NCBI GenBank assembly: GCA_002269645.1
Contig: NIVC01003882.1
Coordinates: forward strand, 1-46,219
From: Macrostomum lignano
Taxonomy: Eukaryota
Length of the DNA: 46,219 bases
Direction of reading: 5' to 3'
Shown: positions 24,488-38,351 of the stretch, in pieces
How positions within the stretch are numbered: position 1 is the first letter of the stretch
Layout: every line of letters starts with the position of its first letter
Notes under the pieces: model-generated
The model's input: only the letters and a program-made list of their open reading frames with translations
Databases searched by the model: none
Told to the model about the DNA's origin: nothing
Made by a program: the position numbers and the translations under genes

Positions 24488-24772
24488 TTAAAACACAGCG
24501 GACGAGATCAGGCTGATCATTCGAGTGCAGCAGTTGACGTACAACTGTAGGCCATGGATCAGGTTGGACTGCCTGTCAAACTCCGGCTTGCAGGTCTTGC
24601 ACATGCCGAATGGGTCTTTCATGTGGTCGATGGCGAAGCGAATGCAGTTGGCCCTGTCGGCGCCGTAGCAATTCATGGTTCTCAGGACCGCCGCTGACTC
24701 GGCCTGCAATGCACACATTGCCAACGCTATCACTGCTACAAGAAGCAGCGTGTTGCAGAGTCTGGTCGTCAT
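24488..24772 (-). CDS. Intronless small secreted cysteine-rich protein, 94 aa, family not recognised
   Basis: ATG-to-TAA ORF with coding-like GC-rich codons inside AT-rich flanks. Signal peptide MTTRLCNTLLLVAVIALAMCALQAES. Six mature Cys spaced C-x7-C-x14-C-x2-C-x19-CC. Confidence 0.8.
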   Translation of the reverse strand: MTTRLCNTLLLVAVIALAMCALQAESAAVLRTMNCYGADRANCIRFAIDHMKDPFGMCKTCKPEFDRQSNLIHGLQLYVNCCTRMISLISSAVF

Positions 24773-25396
24773 AGCTTAGTTTTGGCAGAAACTGGCAGAT
24801 ATTGAAACTAGTTTGAAGTTTCGAAATTTGCACAATACTAAATTTGTCACCTTGAGTAACAAAAGTTTCTGTTCCATTCTGCTTTTGTACTAAAGACAGA
24901 GCGCTTTTTAGTTTTGGGAAATGTTGCCCTAAAAGCAAGCTGTTGCGGGCTTTGCCGACTTGGTAACTTGAATTTTATAGCTGAAACATCTGCCGTTGTG
25001 AGCAAAAAAACTTTAGTCGCACTGGCTTGGGTTAGCGCAGGCAGCAAAAGCTTCCCTACTCCCAACTTAGTTTATAAATATAATCTTTACTCCACTGGTA
25101 GCTTGAGTAAAATCCAGCTGAATCCAGTTTGTTCAACTGTATTTTTTATTCTAAAACGTAAATCATGCTACTTAAAGTAGACTATCGGAAATTCTAAAGC
25201 CAGATTTTATTTTAAAGTTTAAAAAATCTAAGGTAGATAGAAGCTTCCATACTGTGTCATGCGTGACAGATGTGTCAATTGGGATGTCAGATGGAGTGGG
25301 TGTTAAAAAGAGTTGTTTTCTGTTATCTGTGTACTTGTTTGTGACCGGTGACAAATAAATACATTTAGGGGTCAGACTTGTGTCCGATGTGCGTCT

Positions 25397-26178
25397 GATC
25401 ATGTCAGACGGGTGGTGAATCAATTCAGTGGGTTTTAGATCATGTCAGATGGGGTTAGATCATGTCAGATGGGGGTTGGATCATGTTAGATGGGGGTTAG
25501 ATCATGTCAGATGGGGGCTAGATCATGTCAGATGGGGGCTAGATCATGTCAGATTGGGGCTAGATCATGTCAGACGGGGGGTAAGATCATGTCAGATGGG
25601 GGTAAGATCATGTCAGACGGGGGGTAAGATCATGTCAGACGGGGTTAGATCATGTCAGATGGGGGCTAGATCATGTCAGATGGGGGCTAGATCATGTCAG
25701 ATGGGGGCTAGATCATGTCAGATGGGGTTAGATCATGTCAGATGGGGGCTAGATCATGTCAGACGGGGGGTAAAATCATGTCAGACGGGGGTTAGTTCAT
25801 GTCAGATCGGGATTAGATCATGTCAGATAGGGGTTAGATCATGTCAGACGGGGGGTTAGATCATGTCAGACGGGGGGTTAGATCATGTCAGATGGGGATT
25901 AGATCATGTCAGATCGGGATTAGATCATGTCAGACGGGGGTTAGATTATGTCAGATAGGGGTTAGATCATGTCAGATCGGGATTAGATCATGTCAGATAG
26001 GGGTTAGATCATTTCAGATAGGGGTTAGATCATGTCAGATCGGGATTAGATCATGTCAGATAGGGGTTAGATCATGTCAGATAGAGGTTAGATCATTTCA
26101 GATAGGGGTTAGATCATGTCAGATGGGGGTTAGATCATGTCAGACGGGGGTTAGATCATGTCAGACGGGTGGTAGATT
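25397..26178. repeat. Minisatellite, 20-21-bp unit AGATCATGTCAGATGGGGGTT
   Basis: Tandem units; the first and last share the variant GATCATGTCAGACGGGTGGT. Confidence 0.93.
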
Positions 26179-26643
26179 ATCCCAGCTCAAATGTTAAATT
26201 GTGTCAGATTTAATGTCAGAAGTGTTTTAGATGGTCCAACAACAGATGGTTCCCATCTAGTTTAGACTGATCGTAGTGAATATTTTTTGAATTATTACTT
26301 TACGAAGTAGCAGGTTGAAGTTTACACATCAGACGCACACAGCGGCCCTGTGTAAGCATAACTTAAAGCAACAAAGTGGAACTTCTGTTTCTTTCAGAAC
26401 TACATATTGTAATTCTAAATTTACAGTGCGCCGTTTCTAAAAATCTCCAAGTACGCTTGAGTAGCATACTATGAAAAGCAATTGTTGCAGTAGACGAGGT
26501 TCATGAGCACAAAAAATGAGCTATAAAAAGCAATGAGCAGGTCGAAAATAGTTTACATCGTAAGCCCCCCGTACTTGAGGCCTTGAACTAGCGGTCGCTG
26601 TCTTGCAGATTCAATTCCACTCTTATATAGAGATAATTGGACA

Positions 26644-27695
<1,052 letters not shown>

Positions 27696-28437
27696 ACAAG
27701 AACGTCTATAATTGGTAGTAGAACTTGGGCGTGATTTTGAAACTGTGAGGAAACACAAACATTTTTAGTCGCTGAATTTGGTTATTTGCGGAGGGGAACT
27801 TTTAAATAGTGCTTTATGGTTGATTGCCCATCGTATATTGCTTCTTATCTCATCCTGCTAATTATGCTACCTGATTTCTTATCTCGCCTAATTATTTATC
27901 TTATTTCTCTTTTTACCTGGGTTCCTAACTTACCTGATTAGTTTGTCTTATCTGATTAGTGATTTCCCATCTTACCTGGGTTCTTACAATGTATCTTACC
28001 TAATTAATTATCTTATTTGATTTCTCATCCAACCTGGGTTCGTATCTCACCTGGTCTGTTGTTCCATTAACTTTTTTCTTACCTTATCACATAATTATAA
28101 ACCTTACGCTCGTATAGTTTTATGGCTTTAAAAGTTAATAAGTGCTGCGTATTTTATGTTAGCGTTCGCCGTTTGAACAGCGAGTTGAAACATTATCAAT
28201 ACTATATAAATAACCCCTTAATTAAAATATTACACATCGACCCTTACCATTGACATTATTATGCTTAAGATGCGTTTTATTATGCGTTTCAAAATAGAAA
28301 CCACGAACTTCCACACGCTACTGACTTAGCAGTAGTAGAACAAGAAATATTTGCCTCCCTAACAGAAAGCAGACAGCAGGTTAAACAATGGGTTTCTTGA
28401 TATTTATGTACCAGGTAAAAATTCGTGTAGTACCGAG

Positions 28438-28510
28438 GGCCGCGTGGCGCAATGGATAACGCGTCTGACTACGGATCAGAAGATTCCAGGTTCGAGTCCT
28501 GGCGTGGTCG
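28438..28510 (+). tRNA. tRNA-Arg-ACG: tRNA-Arg(ACG), copy 1
   Basis: 73 nt, GGCCGCG...CGTGGTCG acceptor stem, anticodon loop CTACGGA, T-loop GGTTCGAGTCC, followed immediately by a TTTT terminator. Confidence 0.97.
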
Positions 28511-28776
28511 TTTTAAATTTTTTTCCTTACATTTAAGTTAAGAACATTAAAGTAGTTATCGGTGGACATTAGAGACATTAGACAAAACTGAAATGCAGTT
28601 GTTGCCTTTAAAAACGAGTGTTCACCAAGAGCCTCTTAAAGCCGTTTCCGATTTCAACATTCCCAGCCAAGCCTCGCAAAGTCACATGCAGGCCGCGTGA
28701 TCAAACATGCTTGGCAGTAGCTCCGCTTTTGTAAATAAAATTAGAAATCCGTGCTCAAGGACTGCCAAATGCCGAG

Positions 28777-28849
28777 GGCCGCGTGGCGCAATGGATAACG
28801 CGTCTGACTACGGATCAGAAGATTCCAGGTTCGAGTCCTGGCGTGGTCG
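28777..28849 (+). tRNA. tRNA-Arg-ACG: tRNA-Arg(ACG), copy 2
   Basis: Identical to copy 1; T-run about 12 nt downstream. Confidence 0.97.
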
Positions 28850-28937
28850 CTCTGAAATATATTTTTCGATTTTACTTGTATTTTTATATGGCCACAAAAA
28901 CAAAATAGTCGTTTGGCAAGAAATCCGGTGGGTCTCC

Positions 28938-29421
28938 GTGCTGCATTGCAATAGGTGTCACGTGTCAGTGAGGCATTGGAATAGGTGTCAGTGAGGCATT
29001 GGAATAGGTGTACGTGAGGCATTGGAATAGGTGTCAGTGAGGCATTGGAATAGGTGTCAGTGAGGCATTGGAATAGGTGTCAGTGAGGCATTGGAATAGG
29101 TTTCAGTGAGGCATTGGAATAGGTGTCAGTGAGGCATTGGAATAGATGTCAGTAAGGCATGGGATTGGTGTCAGTGAGGCATTGGAATAGGTGTCAGTGA
29201 GGTATTGGAATAGGTGTCAGTGAGGCATTGGAATAGGTGTCAGTGCTGCATTGGAATAGATGTCAGTGAGGCATTGGAATAGGTGTCAGTGAGGCATTGG
29301 AATAGGTGTCAGTGAGGCATTGGAATAGGTGTCAGTGAGGCATTGGAATAGGTGTCAGTGAGGCATGGAATAGGTGTCAGTGAGGCATTGGAATAGGTGT
29401 CAGTGAGGCATTGGAATAGGT
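28938..29421. repeat. Minisatellite A (array 1), 23-bp unit AGGTGTCAGTGAGGCATTGGAAT
   Basis: Tandem units starting about 90 bp after tRNA copy 2. Confidence 0.95.
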
Positions 29422-29577
29422 GGAATTCGAATAATTCGAATTTCTCTGGAATTCAGTTTTTCCTCAAAAGATTTAACATGCTCTATAATTACTACTGAAA
29501 TCGTATCCATTAAGAGATTGGCATGTGATCAAACAGATAAAGGATAAAGGAATGCTCAAGGACTACCAAATTTCGAG

Positions 29578-29650
29578 GGCCGCGTGGCGCAATGGATAAC
29601 GCGTCTGACTACGGATCAGAAGATTCCAGGTTCGAGTCCTGGCGTGGTCG
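29578..29650 (+). tRNA. tRNA-Arg-ACG: tRNA-Arg(ACG), copy 3
   Basis: Identical to copy 1; T-run downstream. Confidence 0.97.
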
Positions 29651-29892
29651 CTCTGAGCAATTAATATTTTTTTGTAAATAAATAATCTCAGAGTTCAATA
29701 TGCACCTCTGACTGCAGTTGTACATCAGATGTGGAAGTTCTGTCTGTATGCCGTACTCACGCACAATGCAGTGCTGGCGTACTGGTTGGTTCAAGCTGAG
29801 CGCCCCAGCTATTTAAGGTTCTGACATCGAAACTGGCATTCTTTATTTGCTATTCTCCGCGGACAGAAAAGTTTAGACAGAAGAGCCACAGA

Positions 29893-30664
29893 ATGCTGAG
29901 ACAAACTGCCTGCTCTGCTATTCTGCTATGCTAGCTTTCAATGCAATCGGTGAGTTTTGTAATCTGGCGTTATGATTTGAGTTCTGAGAGATACTTGTAG
30001 GTTAGTGTGAAATGAAAAGAGTCACTTTCATTGTTTGCATCATGGGAGACTGCTGTCACAGCCATAGTCACAGTCACAGTCCCAGTCCCAGTCACAGTCA
30101 CGGTGTCCCAGTCACAGTCACAGTCACAGTTTCATAGTCACAGTCACAGTGTCACAGTCACGGTCACAGTGTTACATTCACAGTCACGGTGTCACAGTCA
30201 CAGTCACAGTCACAGTCACAGTCACAGCCACAGCACTCAGTCACAGTCAGAACGGTAGTGTCAGCACCCAGTCACAGCTCACAACATACCCCGATTCGCC
30301 CAGACCCCGCAGCTGGACTTCGATGTCACTCAGCATCCAACGCTCCATCGCCAGACGGCAGAGCAGCCAGTGTAAACTGTGTGGCAGGTTATGACTACTG
30401 CATCAGGTTCTCAGTTGCCATCGGCGGCAGGAAATCGGTATGACGTGAATTCTACCAGTGTCGAATTGCAGTTTTGTCTAAATCCGTTTAAACACGTGGC
30501 CTGTTGCGACCTCTTACTACTTGTGGCAGTAATATAAAATGATTGGCCAAAAACATTTTCAGTACTACAGGGCCTGCTACCTGGACAAGGACGGCTGCTT
30601 AAGCCTCACCTCCTTGCCTAACTATGGAGACTGCTCAGTGTGCTCAGCTGACAACTGCAACTAA
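29893..30664 (+). CDS. Second Ly6/three-finger paralog, tailless (secreted type). Exons: 29893-29949 (apparent 1-nt deletion), 30304-30437, 30563-30664.
   Basis: Same exon layout and phases as the 26644 gene. GLRCHSASNAPSP...NC...YC...|YYRACYLDKDGCLSLTSLPNYGDCSVCSADNCN-stop, eight Cys. Exon 1 ends AATGCAATCG|GT exactly as in the paralog, but the ATG at 29893 is 1 nt out of frame. Confidence 0.8.
30055..30280. repeat. (CACAGT)n microsatellite in intron 1 of the second three-finger gene
   Basis: Degenerate hexamer run. Confidence 0.9.
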
Positions 30665-30928
30665 GGATTACTACTTTAATGAGTAATCAAGACTGAACAT
30701 CTTTTGATAAGCTTTGATATAAGCTGCAAAAACTGGTTGTATCTGTGTATTATATATTAATTTAATTGTAGGCTGAAAGGTAAGATTAACTAATGATAGA
30801 AAAAAGATTTTTAATTCACGTTGAACTCATAATGATTTTAAAATATATTGAAAAAATTGCATGTACTACTAAAATATTTCATAAAATTAATTTTCAATTG
30901 TTAAAATGGCTTACTTGTTGACTGTCTT

Positions 30929-33900
30929 AATCATTATCAGGTGTGACTGGGTTGAGCATTATCAGGTGTGACTGGGTTGAGCATTATCAGGTGTGACTGG
31001 GTTGAGCATTATCAGGTGTGACTGGGTTGAGCATTATCAGGTGTGACTGGGTTGAGCATTATCAGGTGTGAATGGGTTGAGCATTATCAGGTGTGGGTTG
31101 ATCTTTATCAGGTGTGACTGGGTTGAGCATTATCAGGTGTGACTGGGTTAATCATTATCAGGTGTGAATGGGTTGAGCATTATCAGGTGTGGGTTGATCT
31201 TTATCAGGTGTGACTGGGTTGATCTTTATCAGGTGTGACTGGGTTGAGCATTATCAGGTGTGACTGGGTTGAACATTATCAGGTGTGACTGGGTTGAGCA
31301 TTATCAGGTGTGACTGGGTTGAGCATTATCAGGTGTGACTGGGTTGAGCATTTTCCGGTGTGACTGGCTTGATCTTTATCAGGTGTGACTGGGTTGAGCA
31401 TTATCAGGTGTGACTGGCTGATCATTATCAGGTGTGACTGGCTTGAGCATTATCAGGTGTGACTGGCTTGATCATTATCAGGTGTGACTGGCTTGATCAT
31501 TATCAGGTGTGACTGGCTTGATCATTATCAGGTGTGACTGCTTGATCATTATCAGGTGTGACTGGCTGATCATTATCAGGTGTGACTGGCTTGATCATTA
31601 TCAGGTGTGACTGGCTGAGCATTAGGTGTGACTGGCTGGATCATTATCAGGTGTGACTGGCTTGAGCATTTTCAGGTGTGACTGGCTGATCATTATCAGG
31701 TGTGACTGGCTTGAGCATTTTCAGGTGTTACTGGCTTGATCATTATCAGGTGTGACTAGCTTGATCATTATCAGGTGTGACTGGCTTGAGCATTTTCAGG
31801 TGTGACTGGCTTGATCATTATCAGGTGTGACTGGCTTGATCATTATCAGGTGTGACTGGCTGGATCATTATCAGGTGTGACTGGCTTGAGCATTTTCAGG
31901 TGTGACTGGCTTGATCATTATCAGGTGTGAATGGCTTGATCATATCAGGTGTGACTGGCTTGATCATTATCAGGTGTGTCTGCTTGATCTTATCAGGTGT
32001 GACTGGGTTGAGCATTATCAGGTGTGACTGGGTTGAGCATTATCAGGTGTGACTGGCTTGATCATTATCAGGTGTGACTGGCTTGAACATTATCAGGTGT
32101 GACTGGCTTGAACATTATCAGGTGTGACTGGCTTGATCATTATCAGGTGGACTGGCTTGATCATTATCAGGTGTGACTGGCTTGATCATTATCAGGTGTG
32201 ACTGGCTTGATCATTATCGGTGTGACTGGCTGGCATTATCAGGTGTGACTGGCTGATCATTATCAGGTGTGACTGGCTTGAGCATTTTCAGGTGTGACTG
32301 GCTGATCATTATCAGGTGTGACTGGCTTGATCATTATCAGGTGTGACTGGCTTGATCATTATCAGGTGTGACTGGCTTGATCATTATCAGGTGTGACTGG
32401 CTGATCATTATCAGGTGTGACTGGCTTGATCATTTCAGGTGTGACTGGCTTGATCATTATCAGGTGTGACTGGCTTGATCATATCAGGTGTGACTGGCTT
32501 GATCATTATCAGGTGTGACTGGCTTGATCTTTATCAGGTGTGACTGGCTTGAGCATTATCAGGTGTGACTGGCTTGATCATTATCAGGTGTGACTGGCTT
32601 GATCATTATCAGGTGTGACTGGCTTGATCATTATCAGGTGTGACTGGCTTGATCATTATCAGGTGTGACTGGCTTGATCATTATCAGGTGTGACTGGCTT
32701 GATCATTATCAGGTGGGACTGGCTTGATCATTATCAGGTGTGACTGGCTTGATCATTATCAGGTGTGACTGGCTTCATTATCAGGTGTGACTGGCTTGAT
32801 CATTATCAGGTGTGACTGGCTTGATCATTTCAGGTGTGACTGGCTTGATCATTATCAGGTGTGACTGGCTTGATCATTATCAGGTGTGACTGGCTTGATC
32901 ATTATCAGGTGTGACTGGCTGATCATTATCGGTGTGACTGGCTGATCATTATCAGGTGTGACTGGCTGATCATTATCAGGTGTGACTGGCTGAGCATTTT
33001 CAGGTGTGACTGGCTTGATCATTATCAGGTGTCTGGCTTGATCATTATCAGGTGTGACTGGCTTGATCATTATCAGGTGTGACTGGCTTGATCATTATCA
33101 GGTGTGACTGGCTTGATCATTATCAGGTGTGACTGGCTTGATCATTATCAGGTGGACTGGCTTGATCATTATCAGGTGTGACTGGCTTGATCATTATCGG
33201 TGTGACTGGCTGGGTCATTATCTGGTGTGACTGGCTGATCATTATCAGGTGTGACTGGCTTGAGCATTTTCAGGTGTGACTGGCTTGATCATTATCAGGT
33301 GTGACTGGCTTGATCATTATCAGGTGTGACTGGCTTGATCATTATCAGGTGTGACTAGCTTGATCATTATCAGGTGTGACTGGCTGATCATTATCAGGTG
33401 TGACTGGCTTGATCATTATCAGGTGCGACTGGCTTGAGCATTTTCAGGTGTGACTGGCTGATCATTATCAGGTGTGACTGGCTTGAGCATTTTCAGGTGT
33501 GACTGGCTGGATCATTATCAGGTGTGACTGGCTTGAGCATTTTCAGGTGTGACTGGCTTGATCATTATCAGGTGTGACTGCTTGATCATTATCAGGTGTG
33601 ACTGGGTTGAGCATTTCAGGTGTGACTGGCTTGATCATTATCAGGTGTGACTGGCTTGATCATTATCAGGTGTGACTGGCTTGATCATTATCAGGTGTGA
33701 CTGGCTTGAGCATTATCAGGTGTGACTGGCTTGATCATTATCAGGTGTGACTGGCTTGATCATATCAGGTGTGTCTGGGTTGATCTTTATCAGGTGTGAC
33801 TGGGTTGAGCATTATCAGGTGTGACTGGGTTGAGCATTATCAGGTGTGACTGGGTTGAGCATTATCAGGTGTGACTGGGTTGAGCATTATCAGGTGTGAC

Positions 33901-35330
33901 TGGTTGAGCATTATCAGGTGTGACTGGGTTGAGCATTATCAGGTGTGACTGGGTTGAGCATTATCAGGTGTGACTGGGTTGAGCATTATCAGGTGTGACT
34001 GGTTGAGCATTATCAGGTGTGACTGGGTTGAGCATTATCAGGTGTGAATGGGTTGAGCATTATCAGGTGTGGGTTGATCTTATCAGGTGTGACTGGGTTG
34101 AGCATTATCAGGTGTGACTGGGTTGAGCATTATCAGGTGTGACTGGGTTGAGCATTATCAGGTGTGACTGGCTTGAGCATTATCAGGTGTGACTGGGTTG
34201 AGCATTATCAGGTGTGACTGGGTTGAGCATTATCAGGTGTGACTGGCTTGATCTTATCAGGTGTGACTGGGTTGAGCATTATCAGGTGTGACTGGGTTGA
34301 GCATTATCAGGTGTCTGGCTTGATCATTATCAGGTGTGACTGGCTTGATCATTATCAGGTGTAACTGGCTTGATCATTATCAGGTGTCCCTGGCTTGATC
34401 ATTATCAGGTGTGACTGGCTTGATCATTAGCAGGTGTAACTGGCTTGATCATTATCAGGTGGACTGGCTTGATCATTATCAGGTGTGACTGGCTTGATCA
34501 TTATCAGGTGTGACTGGCTTGAGCATTATCAGGTGTGACTGGCTTGATCATTATCAGGTGTGACTGGCTTGAGCATTTTCAGGTGTGACTGGCTTGATCA
34601 TTATCAGGTGTGACTGGCTTGATCATTATCAGGTGTGAATGGCTTGAACATTATCAGGTGTGACTGGCTTGATCGTTATCAGGTGTTACTGGCTTGATCA
34701 TTATCAGGTGTGATTGCCTTGATCATTATGAGGTGTGACTGGCTTGAGCATTTTCAGGTGTGACTGGCTTGATCATTATCAGGTGTGACTGGCTTGATCA
34801 TATCAGGTGTGACTGGCTTGATCATTATCAGGTGTGTCTGGGTTGATCATTATCAGGTGTGACTGGGTTGAGCATTATCAGGTGTGACTGGGTTGAGCAT
34901 TATCAGGTGTGACTGGGTTGAGCATTATCAGGTGTGACTGGGTTGAGCATTATCAGGTGTGACTGGGTTGAGCATTATCAGGTGTGACTGGGTTGAGCAT
35001 TATCAGGTGTGACTGGCTTGATCATTATCAGGTGTGACTGGGTTGAGCATTATCAGGTGTGACTGGCTTGATCATTATCAGGTGTGACTGGGTTGAGCAT
35101 TATCAGGTGTGACTGGGTTGAGCATTATCAGGTGTGACTGGGTTGAGCATTATCAGGTGTGACTGGGTTGAGCATTATCAGGTGTGACTGGGTTGAGCAT
35201 TATCAGGTGTGACTGGCTTGATCATTATCAGGTGTGACTGGGTTGAGCATTATCAGGTGTGACTGGGTTGAGCATTATCAGGTGTGACTGGGTTGAGCAT
35301 TATCAGGTGTGACTGGGTTGAGCATTATCA
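30929..35330. repeat. Minisatellite B, 25-bp unit AGGTGTGACTGG(C/G)TTGA(T/G)CATTATC, about 4.4 kb
   Basis: Tandem units of two subtypes arranged in blocks. Confidence 0.97.
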
Positions 35331-35555
35331 CAGTCAGTTAGTTTGTATTGCAATGGAGAGAATGGAAAAGGTTATTAAGGCAAGCGACAATGCTACAGGT
35401 TCAGCAGGTATACGAAGATACCTGAATACAGAAAACCTGCCGCACATAACCACTTTGTGACGGCTCTGGCTGACGACAGCAGGTCAAATAAATCTGGAAA
35501 TCAGATTCAGTATTTTCAATTTTATTTGACAGACTGAGGCAGTTCTGCTGCCGAG

Positions 35556-35628
35556 GGCCGCGTGGCGCAATGGATAACGCGTCTGACTACGGATCAGAAG
35601 ATTCCAGGTTCGAGTCCTGGCGTGGTCG
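35556..35628 (+). tRNA. tRNA-Arg-ACG: tRNA-Arg(ACG), copy 4
   Basis: Identical to copy 1; T8 run downstream. Confidence 0.97.
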
Positions 35629-35704
35629 CTCTGCGATTTTTTTTCGATTTTTCAATATATCCGCGAAAAATATCTGAATATTGGTTCGACAAGACATCTA
35701 GTGA

Positions 35705-36460
35705 GTGTCAGTAATGCATTGGAAAAGGTGTCAGTGAGTCATTATAATAGACTTCAGTGAGGCATTGGAATAGGTGTCAGTGAGGCATTGGAATAGGTGT
35801 CAATGAGGCATTGGAATAGGTGTCAGTAAGGCATTGGAATATGTGTCAGTACTGCATTGGAATATATGTCAGTAAGGCATTGGAATAGGTGTCAGTGAGG
35901 CATTGGAATAGGTGTCAGTGAGGCATTGGAATAGGTGTACGTGAGGCATTGGAATAGGTGTCAGTGAGGCATTGGAATAGGTGTCAGTGAGGCATTGGAA
36001 TAGGTGTCAGTAAGGCATTGGAATATGTGTCAGTACTGCATTGGAATATATGTCAGTAAGGCATTGGAATAGGTGTCAGTGAGGCATTGGAATAAGTGTC
36101 AGTGAGGCATTGGAATAGGTGTACGTGAGGCATTGGAATAGGTGTCAGTGCTGCATTGGAATAGGTGTCAGTGAGGCATTGGAATAGGTGTCAGTGAGGC
36201 ATTGGAATAGGTGTCAGTGAGGCATTGGAATAGGTGTCAGTGAGGCATTAGAATAGGTGTCAGTGAGGCATTGGAATAGGTGTCAGTGAGGCATTGGAAT
36301 AGGTGTCAGTGAGGCATTGGAATAGGTGTCAGTGAGGCATTGGAATAGGTGTCAGTGAGGCATTGGAATAGGTGTCAGTGAGGCATTAGAATAGGTGTCA
36401 GTGAGGCATTGGAATAGGTGTCAGTGAGGTATTGGAATAGGTGTCAGTGAGGCAATAGGT
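35705..36460. repeat. Minisatellite A (array 2), 23-bp unit AGGTGTCAGTGAGGCATTGGAAT
   Basis: Same unit as 28938-29421, starting about 77 bp after tRNA copy 4. Confidence 0.95.
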
Positions 36461-38351
36461 TTTAGTGATGTAATGATGGAATAATGTTAATTATGTAAAT
36501 AAATATGCAAATGGTGCAAACACCCGAGACGGCGGCGCGTCACTGGGGAGCAGAGCTCAACCATCCGGTTGTAGGCCGTGTGCTGCACTCTCTGCCCCAC
36601 ATTATTCATGACTCACTTCTCTCGCCTAAACTTGTTTACCGATTCTCGACCAATCACGCATCGCTTCACCCTTAACCCAACATTGACTAATAAATATACT
36701 GAGCAAACAAAGCCACACAGAGGCCATCTTTTTTTCGGCACGCTAACCTAGACTTCACACCGGTCCGTTGCAGTCGGTAGAAGTGGTCGTCGGCAGGAGA
36801 GCAGTCGATGTCCGAGCTCCTTCTTATTGAGCGGGTGGTCATTTTGAGCTGGGAGAAGACGGCTCAGGGATTCCAGGGAAATCAAAGAACTGTCAAGATC
36901 AGATCAGCGTGACGTAGATTCAGGCAATGAACCCATGCCTCCGACAAGTTCGAACTCCGATCCTTCGACAGGATCCGAGCTACGAGCTATCTATTTCCAA
37001 TAGTTGTTACTAATAGCAAGCTGAGGGATGTTATTGCTTTAAAAATACACGAAAAGAGTTTAATAAGCGAAATCAACATGATGCTGATGTAACCGCCCTT
37101 GTCGCCCGTCCGCTCCGTTGAGAGACGAACGCATGACCAGAGGGGGCAATGACCGTAGGCTGCCTATGACCGGGCAATGACCTGACGGACCTCCAGCACC
37201 AGACTGTCCCACCCAATGATTGATAGCTTTGGTAGCGCTCTCGTGACCAGAGGGCCAAGGACCCACATGGACCCCACCTGTAGCCAAGGTGCAATAGTTG
37301 GTCACTCGGTCAGAGCATGACCGAATGGCTGCCACCGCTCTATGTGACCTGGCGCACCTGGATCTTATTACCAGACCTCTCGAGACTAGAGCCCCGCCTG
37401 GATTGGTTACCAGGGGATTTAGGCTAACAGGGGAGACACATGCAGCCGAGTACAGGGACTCTGCTTGGGGCATGATCGGGAACTCTGGGCTCAATCTGGA
37501 GGATTTCTCATCAGGGGATCCTTTGTGGCTGTGAGCGAGGCTGACTTGCGGCTTCAATTACTAAGAGTAGTGTGAGGCGAACATGTACTGTCTCTAGTTT
37601 CGATTGCTCAGGGCGAAGGGGCACGTCAGCATGGGGTTGCAACCTTCCTACTGCCATTCTGTGCCAAGACTCGCTAATCCCCTCTACTGCACGCACACTC
37701 GGACCCGCAGCACGCACTCACAGGCGAGCTTTGCACGGGGAGAGGCCATTAGCTTACCCAAACTTCCTTATGCTTTGCCACTCAGGGAGAAAGGCTTAGC
37801 AAGCCATGAATGAAATGATGGTGAAAGAGTGAATAATGAGGAGGTTAGTAATAGTTAATAATTAGGCCCTTAGGCAAAATAATCGGGCAATAAGGCGGCT
37901 TCACTATTGAGTAAAATACAGCAAAATATACGGTATCAAGATTGGCTCAGCTCTCTAATTAAGCAATGGAAAATAGGCGAACCCCGGATAAGCAAGGCAA
38001 TCAGAGCACAAATTAGTAATAGGAACTTACCTGCGGCTGCACAGAGAGAGGGAGAGAGAGAGAGCGATGGAGTGACCGTGGGCGGCTATTGGCTGCAGTC
38101 GGGCAGGCAGTGAAGCGGCGATGCGCTGAAGCGACGAGGCGCTGATGTAGTTCAGGCGATGCTGAAGATGATTGGCGGTGACAGACCGCGGACCGACAGA
38201 TGAGCTCACTTGGGGAGCTGAAGATAACTTGGCGGTGACAGACCGCGGACCGGCAGAGGTTCGTCCTATAGACGAATGGGTCAGATCGAGGTCTGACAGC
38301 AAGCCCACAATAGGGACAAGACAAAAGCCTTAGAGTAAGCGTCTGAGGGTT

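Noticed and set aside
27820-28100. Cluster of CTTATCT (GATA-like) motifs after the first three-finger gene
   Set aside because: It lies in T-rich degenerate low-complexity sequence where such matches are expected by chance.
37060-37830. Retroelement or transposase coding region
   Set aside because: The ORFs are short and show no RT, integrase, endonuclease or DDE motif that I can recognise; left unassigned.
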